From positions 496,001 through 560,000 of the forward strand of contig OY253669.1 in NCBI GenBank assembly GCA_958009085.1: a DNA stretch of 64,000 bases, written 5' to 3'. A program made the position numbers and the translations under genes. Position 1 is the stretch's first letter. Each line of letters starts with the position of its first letter. Below the pieces are notes generated by a model, which saw only the letters and a program-made list of their open reading frames with translations, was not told the origin of the DNA and ran no database searches. Shown one piece after another: positions 37,906 through 49,920 of this stretch. Source of the DNA: Protoeuglena noctilucae. Its lineage: Eukaryota.

Positions 37906-40016
37906 ATGAGCTTCAACTTCGGCGCGAGCAGCGGGGCTGCTCCCTCGCGTGAGCGGCGCGCCGTGCCCGATCTCCTGCGCCGTGGATGGAGAGAAACTAC
38001 ATTCGTCACGCGGCTTGCATGATGAGACGTGCAGAATTACTTCTCGTCGCGTTTGCGCGGCTAGTGCTTCCCGCACTTCCGCCCGCCCTTCTTTGCCGTG
38101 CAGTGAGCTTTGGAGGGTCGTTGAGTGGACCCGCGCCCTCGATCTCGTTTGGATTCTCCTCGGGGTCCGCGCCGTCGTTCGGGTGAGCGAGGACCTCGCA
38201 TCAGCCGGCCATCAGCAAAAGCTGGTTTGTCGCCCCCCTGGCGACCCGCCGCGTGCAGCGAGGACACATATGCAAGTGCCTACGCATCCCTATGCTTTCA
38301 GGAATCCATCAGCGGGGGGACTCTTCGGATCCGCGAGTGCCCAGGGTCCCACCGCATCGGCAGCCCCGGCGGCATCCGCGCCAGGTGACCTCCGCATGCC
38401 ATGGCCCCTCGAATGCCATAAACAATGCTAGCAAGTTTCTGAACATATGCTCCGCATTCCATCCGCTCGCAGCGTTCTCTTTCGGTGCGGCATCCTCCGC
38501 CCCCGCTGCCTCGGGTGCGTTCGCGTTTGGATCCGCAGCGCCCGCTTCGTCCTCTGCCGGTGGCCTGTCCCTGCCTCCCGCCAGCTCCGCGGCCGCATCT
38601 AGCGGCTTCTCCTTCGGCGCTGCCTCCACAGCACCACCCGCGTCAGCAGGCTTCGGCTTTGGGGCACCGGCCAGTTCCGCGGCTGCGTCATCTGCCGAAT
38701 TTGCCTTCGGCGCAGCCCCAGCCAGCTCAGCGGCTGCCTCATCTACGGGCTTCTCCTTTGGTGCCGCCAGCACCGCAGCTGCGACATCGGGGGCTCTGTC
38801 CTTCGGGGCGCCCGCCAGCTCCGCCGCTGCCTCCTCCGGCGGCTTTGCCTTCGGCGCCGCCAGCGCGGGGTCCCTCGCGACCCCGCCGGCGGGCACTGCG
38901 CCCGCTGCGGGCGGCGGCCTCTTCGGTGCCCCAGCGTCGTCGGCAGCGACCGGTGCCACCACGTCCGCGCCGCCCACGAGCGGGGCGCCCTCCTCCGCAT
39001 CCGCGCTGTCCTTCGGCGCTGCGCCCGCGTCCACCCCCTCCTCCGCGCCGGCCCTGTCGTTCGGAACGGCTGGCGCGGGGACCGCGGGCGCGCTCACCCC
39101 GTCGACGCCGGCCGCCACGCCTGGCGCCGCCCCCGCTGCGTCCGTGCGCCTTCCCTCCGAGATCAAGGGCCGGAAGGTCCGGGACATCGTCAACAAGTGG
39201 ACGCAGGAGCTGCAGGAGCACTCGCGGACGTTCGTGCGGTGCGCCAGGGAACTGCAGCAGACCGACACGCAGGTGAGACCTACCTGAGAGAGGGCAGGAA
39301 ACGTGAGCATTGCATGCTCTCTGTCGCTCAGATGGCGTCACCCTCTTGTTGCACTGTCTCAACACCCCCTCACCCTGTGCTGCCATCACCGATTGCCCCT
39401 CTCCGCATGACCTCTCTCCTCAGATCCTCCGTGCGCGCTACTCCCTGGTGGAGCTGGAGCGGGACCTGGAGGCGACGGTTCGCATGCACGGCACGCTGGA
39501 CAAGGCAATCGGGGCGGTGGAGGCGAACCAAGCAGAGGTGCACCGTGCGCTGGAGAGCATTGAGGAGGAGGCGGAGCGTCGTTTCCAGGAGGAGTCCTCG
39601 AGGCTCGACGCGGCTGGGTCGCAGAGGGACCGACTGTACCAGCGCGCGGTCGGCGTCATGGAGCAGCTCTACCGCATGGACAGCTACCTGAGGGAGGCGG
39701 CGCAGAACATCAACGCGGCAGGCGAGGGGCCTGGTGGGAATCGTGTGTCATACGAAGTGATTGGTGGTTGTGAGGGAGGTGTAAGTCTGAGGGTGGTGAA
39801 TGGCAGCTGTGTTGGATGCATGTGAGGGGTCATTCATTCTGTGTCGTGTGTGCTGCGCTTGCAGTGGACGCGGCGGCGGAGGGGGCGGACAGTGGGGTGC
39901 TGCCCTACCTGAGTCAGGTGCTGGGGAGCCAGGCGGAGAGCATCCGGTCGATCGAGGAGCGGACGCGGGAGCTGGAGAGGCAGCTGGAGGCCATGCAGGC
40001 GTCGCAGAGGGCGTGA
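37906..40016 (+). CDS. NUP62: FG nucleoporin NUP62/Nsp1
   Basis: MSFNFG start and many FSFG/FAFG/GLFG repeats, followed by an Nsp1_C-like coiled coil (IVNKWTQELQEHSRTFVRCARELQQTD..., QRDRLYQRA). Confidence 0.88.
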
Positions 40017-40399
40017 AGGGGTGGGGTGGTTAGGAATGGTGGGTCGATGGGACGGTGCGTTACGGCGCAGTGCAGATGGAGAGCGAGGGCGTGCGTGTGT
40101 CAGTTTGCTGGTGACCCCGCTAGGACGCGTGCGTGTCGCTGGTGGTTGCTGCGACAGTCACGCAGCGCAGGGTGACCATGTGCAGCCCAAGTGTGTTTCT
40201 CACGACTGTGGTTGAAAAGCTAGAGTACCTTCAAGGAAATTTGGCCCCAAAGAAGAAATGAAAAGCTGTAACGGGTGACAAGTGCTAACTGGACGCAGCA
40301 TCTACCTATCTGCAACTATAGGCTGCACGAAATCGTAAGGAAAAGGCGTTGGGCTAAAGAACACAAGCGCGCACAGTCCCCTTACGCACAGTCCCCCCA

Positions 40400-43300
40400 T
40401 CACGTGGAGCGTGGCTGGGGAGGTGGGCGGGGCTTGCAGTCTGAGAGAGAGAAGCAGATTTGGTCCCAGATTGACCCGTCTTGCTGATGCACCTGCGGGG
40501 AGCGACGAGGGACCAGACATGGTGGGACCATGACACTGTTTGGTCCATGTCACATACACCGTCCAGGCCCTGGGCAGTGTGGTCGGGCATTGGGATGAGT
40601 GCCACCCAAGCTCTGCCACACGCCCCGTCACCTGCAGGCATGCCCGGTTGTCATCCCAGTCGACCTCCGCGGTGCCGAAGTTGGGCCCGTTGAGCCAGTG
40701 GCACGCATCCACCGCCACGCCCGTCCCATTCGCAGTCGACTTGACGCGGAGGCCCGAATGGTCCACGGCCCATCCGTCCGGGTCCGATGGGTCACACACC
40801 AGGCGCTTGTGCGCGGTGCCCCCGTCCCCCGCCGTCATCGCGCTCGCCATGATCTGGTAGATGGGCTTGGACAGGCTGTCGGCGCGCAGGGGGGCGGCGT
40901 AGGGGCGATCCCCGGGACCCACGGAGGCGTCGCCCACCATCTGCGAAACGAGCGAGGGGTGTCTGTGATGGGGCATTTAGCTGGGGGTGACTGGGTGCGG
41001 GGGGCAGAGAAACGTGACAAGTCCCACCCATGTACGTGGGCTGTTCTGACAAGGGTGCTCGCTCTGACAAGGGTGCTCGTGATGGGGGGTCTCAATAAAA
41101 GAAGCAGTCCAAATGACAGGGGCACATTGCTCGCCTTGAGGTCCGCGAAGTGCCAATCCCCCGCCACCACGGCCACACACCCCCGGTACTCGGGGGTGGC
41201 GAGGGTGTGGAGGAGGTTGATGCCCGCGGGGCGGTAGCAGTCAAAGTCGTCGCCTCCCCCGCACTGGCCGGCGAAGTTATTGGCGGGGCTGTTGACCACG
41301 GCGGGGTTGGACAGGAGCACGGAACCCGACAGCACTGCGGCAGGGGGGCGAGGCATGGTGAGTGAGGGCAAGGGGTGAAGCAGAGTGTGGGTGAGGGCAA
41401 GGGGTGAGGCTGAAGGAGTGAGGCATCGTGAGTGAAAGCCAGGGTCGATGCAAGGCCACGCATTTGCACATTGTGTTGTACTGTCCGAAAGACCCCCACT
41501 GCCACTGACCGTGCCTTCTCCCCCCGCTTCTCGTCTCACCTAGCATCACGTCCGCCTGGCTTGTTCGCATGATGGACTGCAGCCACCTCCGCTGCTGCAG
41601 CCCCAGCACGTCGCACATCCCCAGCTGCCCCGACAGGTCCGGGTCCCACAGGAGGCCCTCCGCCAGCCGCCCGCCCTCCAAGTGCAGGGGACGCGAGGCG
41701 TAGTCTGCGCGGGAGAGCAGCGCCGGTGACTGTTGACGAAGAGACGCCATGGATACACTCCAGGGTAACCCCAAGGACCACCGCCCCTCCCTTGCACCGC
41801 AACTCTCAACGAAACCTCGCAACTCGACCTGTATGGCCACCTCTCATCGACCCTTCTACAACGAGCGTCGCCACATCCACGCCGCCCCCTCGCCTGGGTG
41901 GGTGGGGTCGCATGCAATGGGGTAGAGGGGGTCCGATGCGGCGTCTGCGCTGCCGCAGTAGGCCATGAACACGGCGTCGTCCTGCTGGCAGCACGAACCC
42001 TGCCCCGACACCCCTCCGTCCACGTACCAATCACGGCACGTCGCGGCCCACCCGGACGTGTTGGCCTCCTGAGGGCAGGGGTAGGGTTGCATGAGCATGC
42101 GGAAGAAGCGGCTATGCAGTTAGAGTCGATATAATCGAAGACAGCAATTTTGAAGTGACATCTACATTTACGGTGTGCTTACCCCTTGCAGCCGCAAGGG
42201 CTCCCTCTTCGCAGCCACCCTCCACCACCTCTCACCATGACTTTGCGGCACCACTCCCGTCGTATGTAGCAGGGCATGGTGCTGCGCCAGGACCGCTCGT
42301 CGAGCATCACCACGTGCACGGAGCCCCTGGGGGTCCACAGCTCAAAGTCGTCGTAGATGCCGCGGTCGACGCTGCGAGGGAGGGGAGGGTGATGACAGTC
42401 ATGGCATGCAGGGGTATGTGAGAGACGGGGTATCCAAAGATGCATGTCCGCTTTCACCAGTTGTAAGTGCCTCATCTCCATGACACGGACGTCGAGGTGT
42501 CAACACAAACGAGCTCCGCATCTCGACACCCACGCCCACGCCAGGGCAGTGAGTCCAGCCACTCACTTGCGTCGCCGGCTGCCCGGGTCCTCCCCCAGTG
42601 CGTCCAGGTACATCTTTTGGAAAACGTCACGGTGTGGCAAACGACGGTCCCCGTTGTTCCACCCGTAGTCGTGGTCGTCCCAGGTCCCTGACAGCACACG
42701 CGGGCACACGCGCTGGTTGCGGCCGGGGGGAGGGAAGTCCCCCGTCGCGGTGTGGCCGGGGCACATGAACTCCAAAAAGGCGCGGTAGTCCTGAAAGGAG
42801 TCGAAGAGGGGAATGATTGGTTACAGGTAACAGCCGCGTTGGCGTGTGATTGCGATCACGACAGGTCACAGGTCAAAGCCGTGTTGGCGTAGCAGGGCGA
42901 CGATGCCTGGACACTCGTCTCGCACTCCACCCTCATGCCTCTGCTGCTGCCCCACCCCCTCCCTCCCCTCCCCTCTCACCGAGTTCTGCAGCTGCTCCTC
43001 CCACCGCGCGGCAGCATTAGCGACGTTGGCGACGGTGCACGACGACCCGTCCCCCGGGCGCGAGAGCCACGTGGTCGGACACGAGCAGGAAGTGCTGCGG
43101 GAATCGAGGGAGTCATTCTTGGTGCAAAGGGACAATGCTTGCTCAGTATCACCTTAGCCGTGGTCGACAGATGGGCACGCGCGCGCCCAGGGCAGCCTGC
43201 CAAGCACCTGTTGGAGTACGCGGGGTCCGCGCAGTTGACGATGGGGTCGTCGAGGTAAGCAAAGTCGCCGTCCCAAAGGAAGGCGTCCGGGTCCGTCCCC

Positions 43301-43700
43301 GCAATGGCCTGCCACATCGGCTGCGGGCCGAGGTTATAGCGCGTGCAGCTGCCGAAGGCCACCCGGGTCACGCGCTTGCTCCTGTTCCCGATGACGTAGC
43401 AGCGCTGCCGATCGCAGAGCCTGTCCTCATTCTTGTCCACGTCCGCCGCAAAGTAGATGAATGTGTTGATCACCACAGCTGCCGCGACGGCGACGCTGAC
43501 CCAGAGCAGGGAGTACATTGTGGACGGGAATAACCTTCGCCGCCTCGACCAGGGAGTCTCGCCGCCCCGCGGATCCTCGGGATCCACCACCTCGAGCGCG
43601 CCGCGCCTGCGAACGCACGCGGACGTCGTTCCCGGCGTGCTGCTGGCGCGCGCTGCAGCTCGACGCTACAAGCAACATGGCGAAGTACTCACGCGGGCAT
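40400..43700 (-). CDS. phoD: PhoD-family alkaline phosphatase/phosphodiesterase with an N-terminal membrane anchor
   Basis: RVAFGSC, FLWDGDFAYLD, GTWDDHDYGWNNGD, VMLDERSWR, VLGLQQRRWL, VAGDWH, NFGTAEVDWD; transmembrane segment LLWVSVAVAAAVVINTFIYF. Confidence 0.88.
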
Positions 43701-44342
43701 CGCAGTCGCTCCATTGGAGCGCGGCCCTGATGACACAGCGTCGCTGCGGAGAAAAACGAGCATCCGTCACGAATTCCGGCCCGATGTTAGCAGAGCGGCA
43801 GCCAGTAGAGAGAGCCACATGTGCGCGACGCGCTCACGTGACCGGGGGCCCGCTCGTCGCTGCCCCGCTCGTCGCTCCCCCGCTCCCCCGTGCCGCCCTT
43901 TCCCCGGCCTCCGCCGTCTCCAGCCGCTCGTAGCCCATCCTCACGAGAAATCTGTACCCTCGTAGGTAACTTTCGACGGGTCACGGGTTGTCCGGAGCCC
44001 TTGGTGCGATGCCCAGGCTCCGCGGAATCCAGCCATGCTAGCTCATGGGCCTGAAAGGGTGAGCAGCATCCCCAGGCCTGCGCATTTGCTGCCGCATCGT
44101 GAGAGACCCGTTACTGGCTTCAAAGGAGATTAAGCTGACAGTTCTGGCACGTCTGGCAACGAATTGCCAGGAATCGCGCCTTCACAAAGTGTTGCATCGG
44201 CGACGCGGGTCAATGACTGCCAGGCAATAGTCCCGCGGGGCTGCAGCCGATTGGCTCGCGCCATCGCAAGCCACGCGCGGGAGATCTCGCTGCTGAGAAA
44301 TTTCTGCGAAATCTGCCATCGTGGACGCTTGGGATCGATACG

Positions 44343-47300
44343 ATGCCGCTTTTGGACGGGCGTCCGTTCGCCCTGCCGACCCCGGCGGTTCCCGAGGAGG
44401 CAAAGACCGACGACATGGTGGGTTGCTAAATTGCAGCGCGCACTGGACGCCGTCGATTGCCAGCGCAATTGGATTGGTCATGCGGATGCCTGGGCGGTAC
44501 CTGGGCGAACGACGTGCCCGTAGCGGGCGCGGGAGGCGACGCGCAGCAGCCCCAGCGTGCTCGCCCCTGTCGGCGAGCCCCTGAACCCCGATCCCGTGCC
44601 TGCCGCAGGTCTACCTCCTCCGATTGACGGGAGAGACGTTTCTGGATTACGAGGCAAGCGAAGCACGGCCCCTGTCGGCGACAACCCGGTCTTGGGCACC
44701 CCACCCGCACCCCCGGCGCGCGCCGCGCTTGCCGATGCGCCCTCCCCCACGCACTGCCCGCAGGATTTCCTCGCGCAACAGCGCATGTACACGAGTAGAC
44801 GATGGTCCTGCTCCGTGACGGGCAAGGCGGGCCTGACGCTGCAGGAGGCCCTGATGGCCGAGAGCGGGGCGGGGGACAAGCAAGGTGACGCGAGAGCCGC
44901 TTTCTCGTATAAGTGGGTCCGTAACCTGCCTCATTGCACCGACGGAGCCCGCGATCGATGCATTCTCGCGCGCCCGTGCGACCCGACACCGTGCCCTTTG
45001 TGTTCCCCGCCACAGCCGTGGACTTCCTGGCGCGCGCCCGCCAGATCGCCGCCAATGCCGATGCTGACGCGAACCCGCGCGCCGATGCCCCCTCGGCGCC
45101 CCGCGTCACGCCCTGGTCGCGCGCCCGGGGGGACGCGCGCGGGGCTGGCTCCGGCTCTGCCTCAGCCCTGGCGGACTATGTCGACGAGGACCTCCCCGAT
45201 TACACGGAGACGTTTGAGGAGGCCACGCGGCGCCTGTGCGCGCGGCAGGGGTCGTCCAAGCACGCCCTGTTCGAGGTGCTGAGGGACGCGGGGCCCAAGG
45301 TGAGGGGCGCGGTGGGATGATACGCATGTGTGGGGTCGATAAGCATGGCGAGAGAGGCAGGCAAGAGGGTATGTTAAGCATGTATGTTGTTGGTGGTTGC
45401 TTTGGTGCGCTTCGACAGCAGATGGTGGAGTGGCATGGATGGATGGATGGTCCGTTCCATGGTTGGTCGCATCTCCCGCCTCAGGGTCTCCCCATGAAGA
45501 ACATCATCGCCGCTGTCAGCCAGAAAGGCCTCAAGGACCTCAGCAAGACCAAGAACGCCAACCACCTCCTCACCACAGTCCTGAGCAGGCGAGAAGCTGG
45601 GGAGGCAAGGGTGCTGCCTCTTGGCACTGGCAAGCAAGACGTGGCAGGGCAGAGTGGCTTAGTATCAGCCCTTCACTGCTAGCTCGCTGCCACCGGCAAT
45701 GTACTTCCGCATTACTCTATGTAACACGCATCCGCACCCTCGCAGCCCCGCGCACCCACCCACACTTACGCTATCCATCATCCCGCGTCTCTCGCAGGGA
45801 GCCCGCCTTCTGCCGCGTGGGGCGCGGCGTGTGGTCCATCCGGTCGATGCCCGGGGTGCGGGCGGTGAAGCCACCGTCGGGGTCGCCCGGCAGTGGCAAA
45901 GTGAAGACGGGGGGGTCAGGGGCAGCGTCAGGCGGGGTGGTGAAGGGGTCGAGCGTCAAGCTGACCATCAAGCTGCCGGGTCTGACGTCGGAAGAGTTAA
46001 AGACCAAGATGGAGGTGAGGGTTGGTGGGAGAAAGCGACGTGGCGCCTGAGAATGCTGCCGTGACTGGTCAAGCGCCCCAAGCTCACTGGCTCTTTTTTT
46101 ACCAACTCCGTGCCCCTTTCACACCCTCTGTAGGAGGCCAGGGCCCGCATCCAGGCGGACAGGGAGCGCGCTATGGCAGAAAAAGAGGCCAAGAAGGCGG
46201 CGGAGAGGGAACGGAAGAGGCAGGAGGCCCAAAACCTGAAGAGGTGAGGGATGCGAATGACAACGTGCCAGTTTAAATGCCATTCTTTAAGCATCGCCAG
46301 CACCACCCGCTCATCAGGCGCATCTGCACCCCTTTCACGCTCCCCTCGTCCACTCCTTGGCTCTCCCACTGCTCACCTCCCACACAGCACTTTACTCACA
46401 GATACCCCATCGATGACTTGGCTCTCCTGGACGAACTCCGTGCCAAACACGCCTCTGGGGACCTGCCCCAGCCACCCGCCCACGACGTGCCCCTCCCGCC
46501 CCTCGCGGACTCCCCCGCGCTGTCGCCGGCCCTGGCCATGGTGGCAGAGTTCACCGCCCACTGGCGCGCCGACCTGAGCCCGCGCGCGCCGTACCTGTGG
46601 CGCGATCTGGCGCGGCTGGTGGGGCTGCCGGACGCCGCGGGTGTGGGAGCAGAGGGCGGCGCCAAGCCCCTGAGCCTCGGGGCGCTGTACCGGGCGCTGC
46701 TGCGTGCGGTGCTGGAGGGGCCGCTGGGGGACGGCAGCGCGACGCGGGCGCAGCGGCGGTGGCGGGCGGTGCTGGAGACGGAGGGCAGCTGGCCGGAGGT
46801 GGCGCGGCGGTGCGTGCGTTTGGACTGCTGGGGGGACGCGCGGGAGGGGGCGGCGGGGATGGAGGGGGCGGCGGGGGCGGCGGCGGAGCGGCTGGGGAGG
46901 GAAGCGGTGGAGTGCCTGGGCCCCTGGGATCACGTGGCGGTGCTGGAGCGCCTGTGCGAGGATGTGATTGAGACGGGGGCGGTGCGGGGGGCGGTGGAGC
47001 GGCGGTGGGAGGGGCGGGAGGCGCTGGACAAGGAGAGGAGGGAAAAGCAGAGGTGAGGGAGTGGGTGGAAGTGCGCTTGATGCACCCCAGGGTAGCCAAC
47101 ACTTGGCATGGGTTGCACCCGTCACGTTCCACTCCCGCACCGATTATTGCCACCATGCAACGAAGTCGGACTTTCCATTGTCTGTCTCCCACCCCAGGAA
47201 GCTCCGCCAGGAGCAGCGCGAGTTGGAGGATGCGTTGAAGGAGATGAGGCGGAAGCAGCGGGAGGCGAAGAAGACGGAGCTGCTGGCCAAGGCGGGGAAG

Positions 47301-49414
47301 GGGGCGCAGGGGCAGGGGCAGAAGCAGAAGCAGGGGGCGGGGGAGGGGCAGGGTGACGAGAAGGATGGGGAGGGGGAGGGTGACGCAAAGCAGGGTGATG
47401 AGAAGCAGGAGGAGGATGGGGAGGTGGAGGACCCCGTGGCGGAGGAGAAGCGAAAGGAGGCGCGGGTGAGGGTCGAACGCGCGTCGCTGTGCGGATGACG
47501 GGGGCCGACGGCGCGAGCCCCTGTCTCGCATTGTTGTTTTCCAACAATCGACAAGGTGCTTCCTCACGCATCTCACTCCATCGCAGGTCCGTGAGATCCA
47601 GAGGGCCCTGGAGGCGGTGCAGGACAAGTATGCGGCGGAGCTGCCGGGGGTGGCGATGCGGGCCGAGCCGCTGGGGTACGACCGTCACTACCGGCGGTAC
47701 TGGTGGGGGCTGGCGGGGAGGAGGGACGTGGTGATGGTGGAGGAGGGGAGCAGCGATGGCACCGGCGAGGGTGCCGGGAGCGTGTTGCGAGAGGGGCAGA
47801 GCCGGTGGAGGGAGGTGAGACGCTTTGACGCTTTCATTCAACCGTTGCTGCCCTCGCTATTACCCCACCCTTTGCTAGCATGCCATTCCTCTCATGCCCT
47901 CTCTCTCAGATCGCCACCGTGGAGGACCTGGAGGCCCTACTTGGCGCCCTGGACCCCCGGGGCGTGAGGGAGAAGGAGCTGAGGGAAAACATCGAGCGGA
48001 GCATGGGTGCGATCCGGAAGGGAATGGCGAGGGCGGCAAGGGAGCGGGGGAGCGGGCGCGAGGGTGAGGAGGGGGAGGGGGAGGGGAGCCAGGCGGAGGG
48101 GGCGCGGGAGGGAGGCAGTCAGATGGAGGGGGGGCGGCAGGGCGGCAGTCAAGCAGAGGGGGGCCGTGAGGGTGGCAGCCAGATGGAAGGGGAGGGCCCG
48201 GCGGAGCGGCGGTCGGGTCGCGTGCGCGCGGAGGTCGATTACAATGAGACAAGGATGGCGGGGGGCGTGACGAGGAAGAGGCGGGACGAGGAGAGGGTGG
48301 CGAGGGCCCAGAGGGCGCGGGCGGTGGGGGCGGCGGTGGGGGCGGCGCGGGGGTCGGGGACGGAGGGGGAGGCGGCGGCGGGGGCGCTGGGGGCGCTGGG
48401 AGACGTGACAGCGTGGGCCAAGGTGAGGGTGCATGGTGGTATGGGCTGAGAGGCACAGGAGGGGTGGCGGCCATCCCCAAATGCCTGCTCCTGCTGTGCG
48501 GCATTGTTCGTTATCACTCGCTCGCGACGCACCTCTGCCATTGCAGGATGCCGCGCGGCAGCACAGTCCCCCCGGGGGCTGGCGCGCGTTGGAGGAGCGG
48601 GTGGCTGCGCTGGGGAAGGAGGCCGAGTCAGTGACGGACGCGGCGGGGGCGGCGGCGGTGATGCGGGGGGCGTCCGAACTGCTCATGGAGGTGGAGGAGC
48701 GGCTGGTGGTGAGGGACACATGACACGCAGCTGGTGGTCGCCAGCCCCCTTGCAACGCATCGCATGCGTGTGACGAGAGAGCTCCTCCCCTCCCGCAGCT
48801 GGCGTCCAAGAATGTCAAGCGTGTCCTCAAGACGGCACCCTCCAAGGAAGCGGTGCTGGGGAGTGCCGAGGGCGGGCAGGCGGAGGCGGGCGATGCGAAT
48901 GGCGAGGGGGAGGGAGAGGGTGACATGGATGTGGACCATGACAAGGGTGGAAATGGAAGCCCTGGGGCCAACGCGGACCCCGAGGAGAAGGGTGCGGGGG
49001 CCCACTTGCGGGGAGGGCACTTGGAGGGCCTGTTTGAGTTTGTGGAGGGGTACGAGGAGGCGGCGCGGACGGTGCAGCCGTCGCTGTGGGTGTCGGGCCG
49101 CGAGCGGGAGGCGTGGCTGCAGGACCTGGCGACGGCTCAGGTGAGGGGCAGTGGGGGACCAGTTGGGGACGAATTTGGGGCCAGTTGCGGAGCAGTCTTG
49201 GGATGCGACCTCAACTCACGCCCCCGACCTTCCTCCGCTGCAGACGTTCGCGAGAGTGGCGTACTGCGCAGCGTGCCTGGCGTTCGCTGCTGAGAAGATG
49301 CACGGGGGCCGTGCCCCTCCCCCTGAGAGCCTGGAATCGGGCGAGGATGACGAGGACGAGGACGAGGACGAGGACGAGAGCGAGGGGCGAGCCGGCAAGC
49401 GTAGGCGCAAGTGA
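44343..49414 (+). CDS. ISWI-associated ACF1/Itc1-like chromatin protein: WAC - HARE-HTH - DDT - WHIM1 - WSD
   Basis: WAC: MPLLDGRPF..VYLLRLTGETFLDYE..WSCSVTGKAGLTLQEAL. HARE-HTH: GSSKHALFEVL..GLPMKNII..KGLKDLS..VLSREPAFCRVGRGVWSIR. Also RYPIDDL; WHIM1 VAVLERLCEDVIET; WSD RAEPLGYDRHYRRYWW and LLGALDPRGVREKEL. Confidence 0.82.
48080..48195 (+). repeat. Coding 30-bp tandem repeat x ~4 (GGSQ[A/M]EG[GA]R[EQ])
   Basis: Translation EGSQAEGAREGGSQMEGGRQGGSQAEGGREGGSQMEG. Confidence 0.75.
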
Positions 49415-49920
49415 GACCCGGGTTGCCGGTAGCTGTCTCCCGAGGCAGGAGGATCTGTCGGGAACCTGCACCAGACGACGCGTCAGCGGCATTTGAAACG
49501 CGCCCTCTTGCGCCAGCGAGCGAGAGCACAAAACCGGAGCCGCGACAGCGCGACCCGGGACAACGTTCGCAGGCGCCGCTTGCTTCTCAGCAGCGAGCGG
49601 TGGCGCCTTGTCGCTGAACGCTTGCGCCCCAGGCTTGCTCAGCACGCTGCCCTAGACTGGTCGCCGGGAGGACGCGGCACAGGTGACACGGTGGTCATTT
49701 GCATTGCAATGAAATGAGAACGGAGGGTCCTCGCTCGTGTCACGCGCGCGAGTGCGCGACATGGGGGGACACGGGGCATCTCCGGCCATATCGCAACCAA
49801 GGATGGGAAGCGTGCCCTCGATCGAGTGCGTGGTGCCCCATGTATCCATGGCCGTGCTCGGTGCGCACAGGAGAGGGGGATTCCCGCTGCCCAGGCGCGG
49901 TCTGGGCGCCACGGGTGCGA

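Noticed and set aside
37467..37906. Bidirectional promoter between EFG1 and NUP62 (similar divergent pairs at 43700-44343, 54208-54891 and 59563-59889)
   Set aside because: Short head-to-head spacing is ordinary in compact genomes, and I could not support a specific motif.
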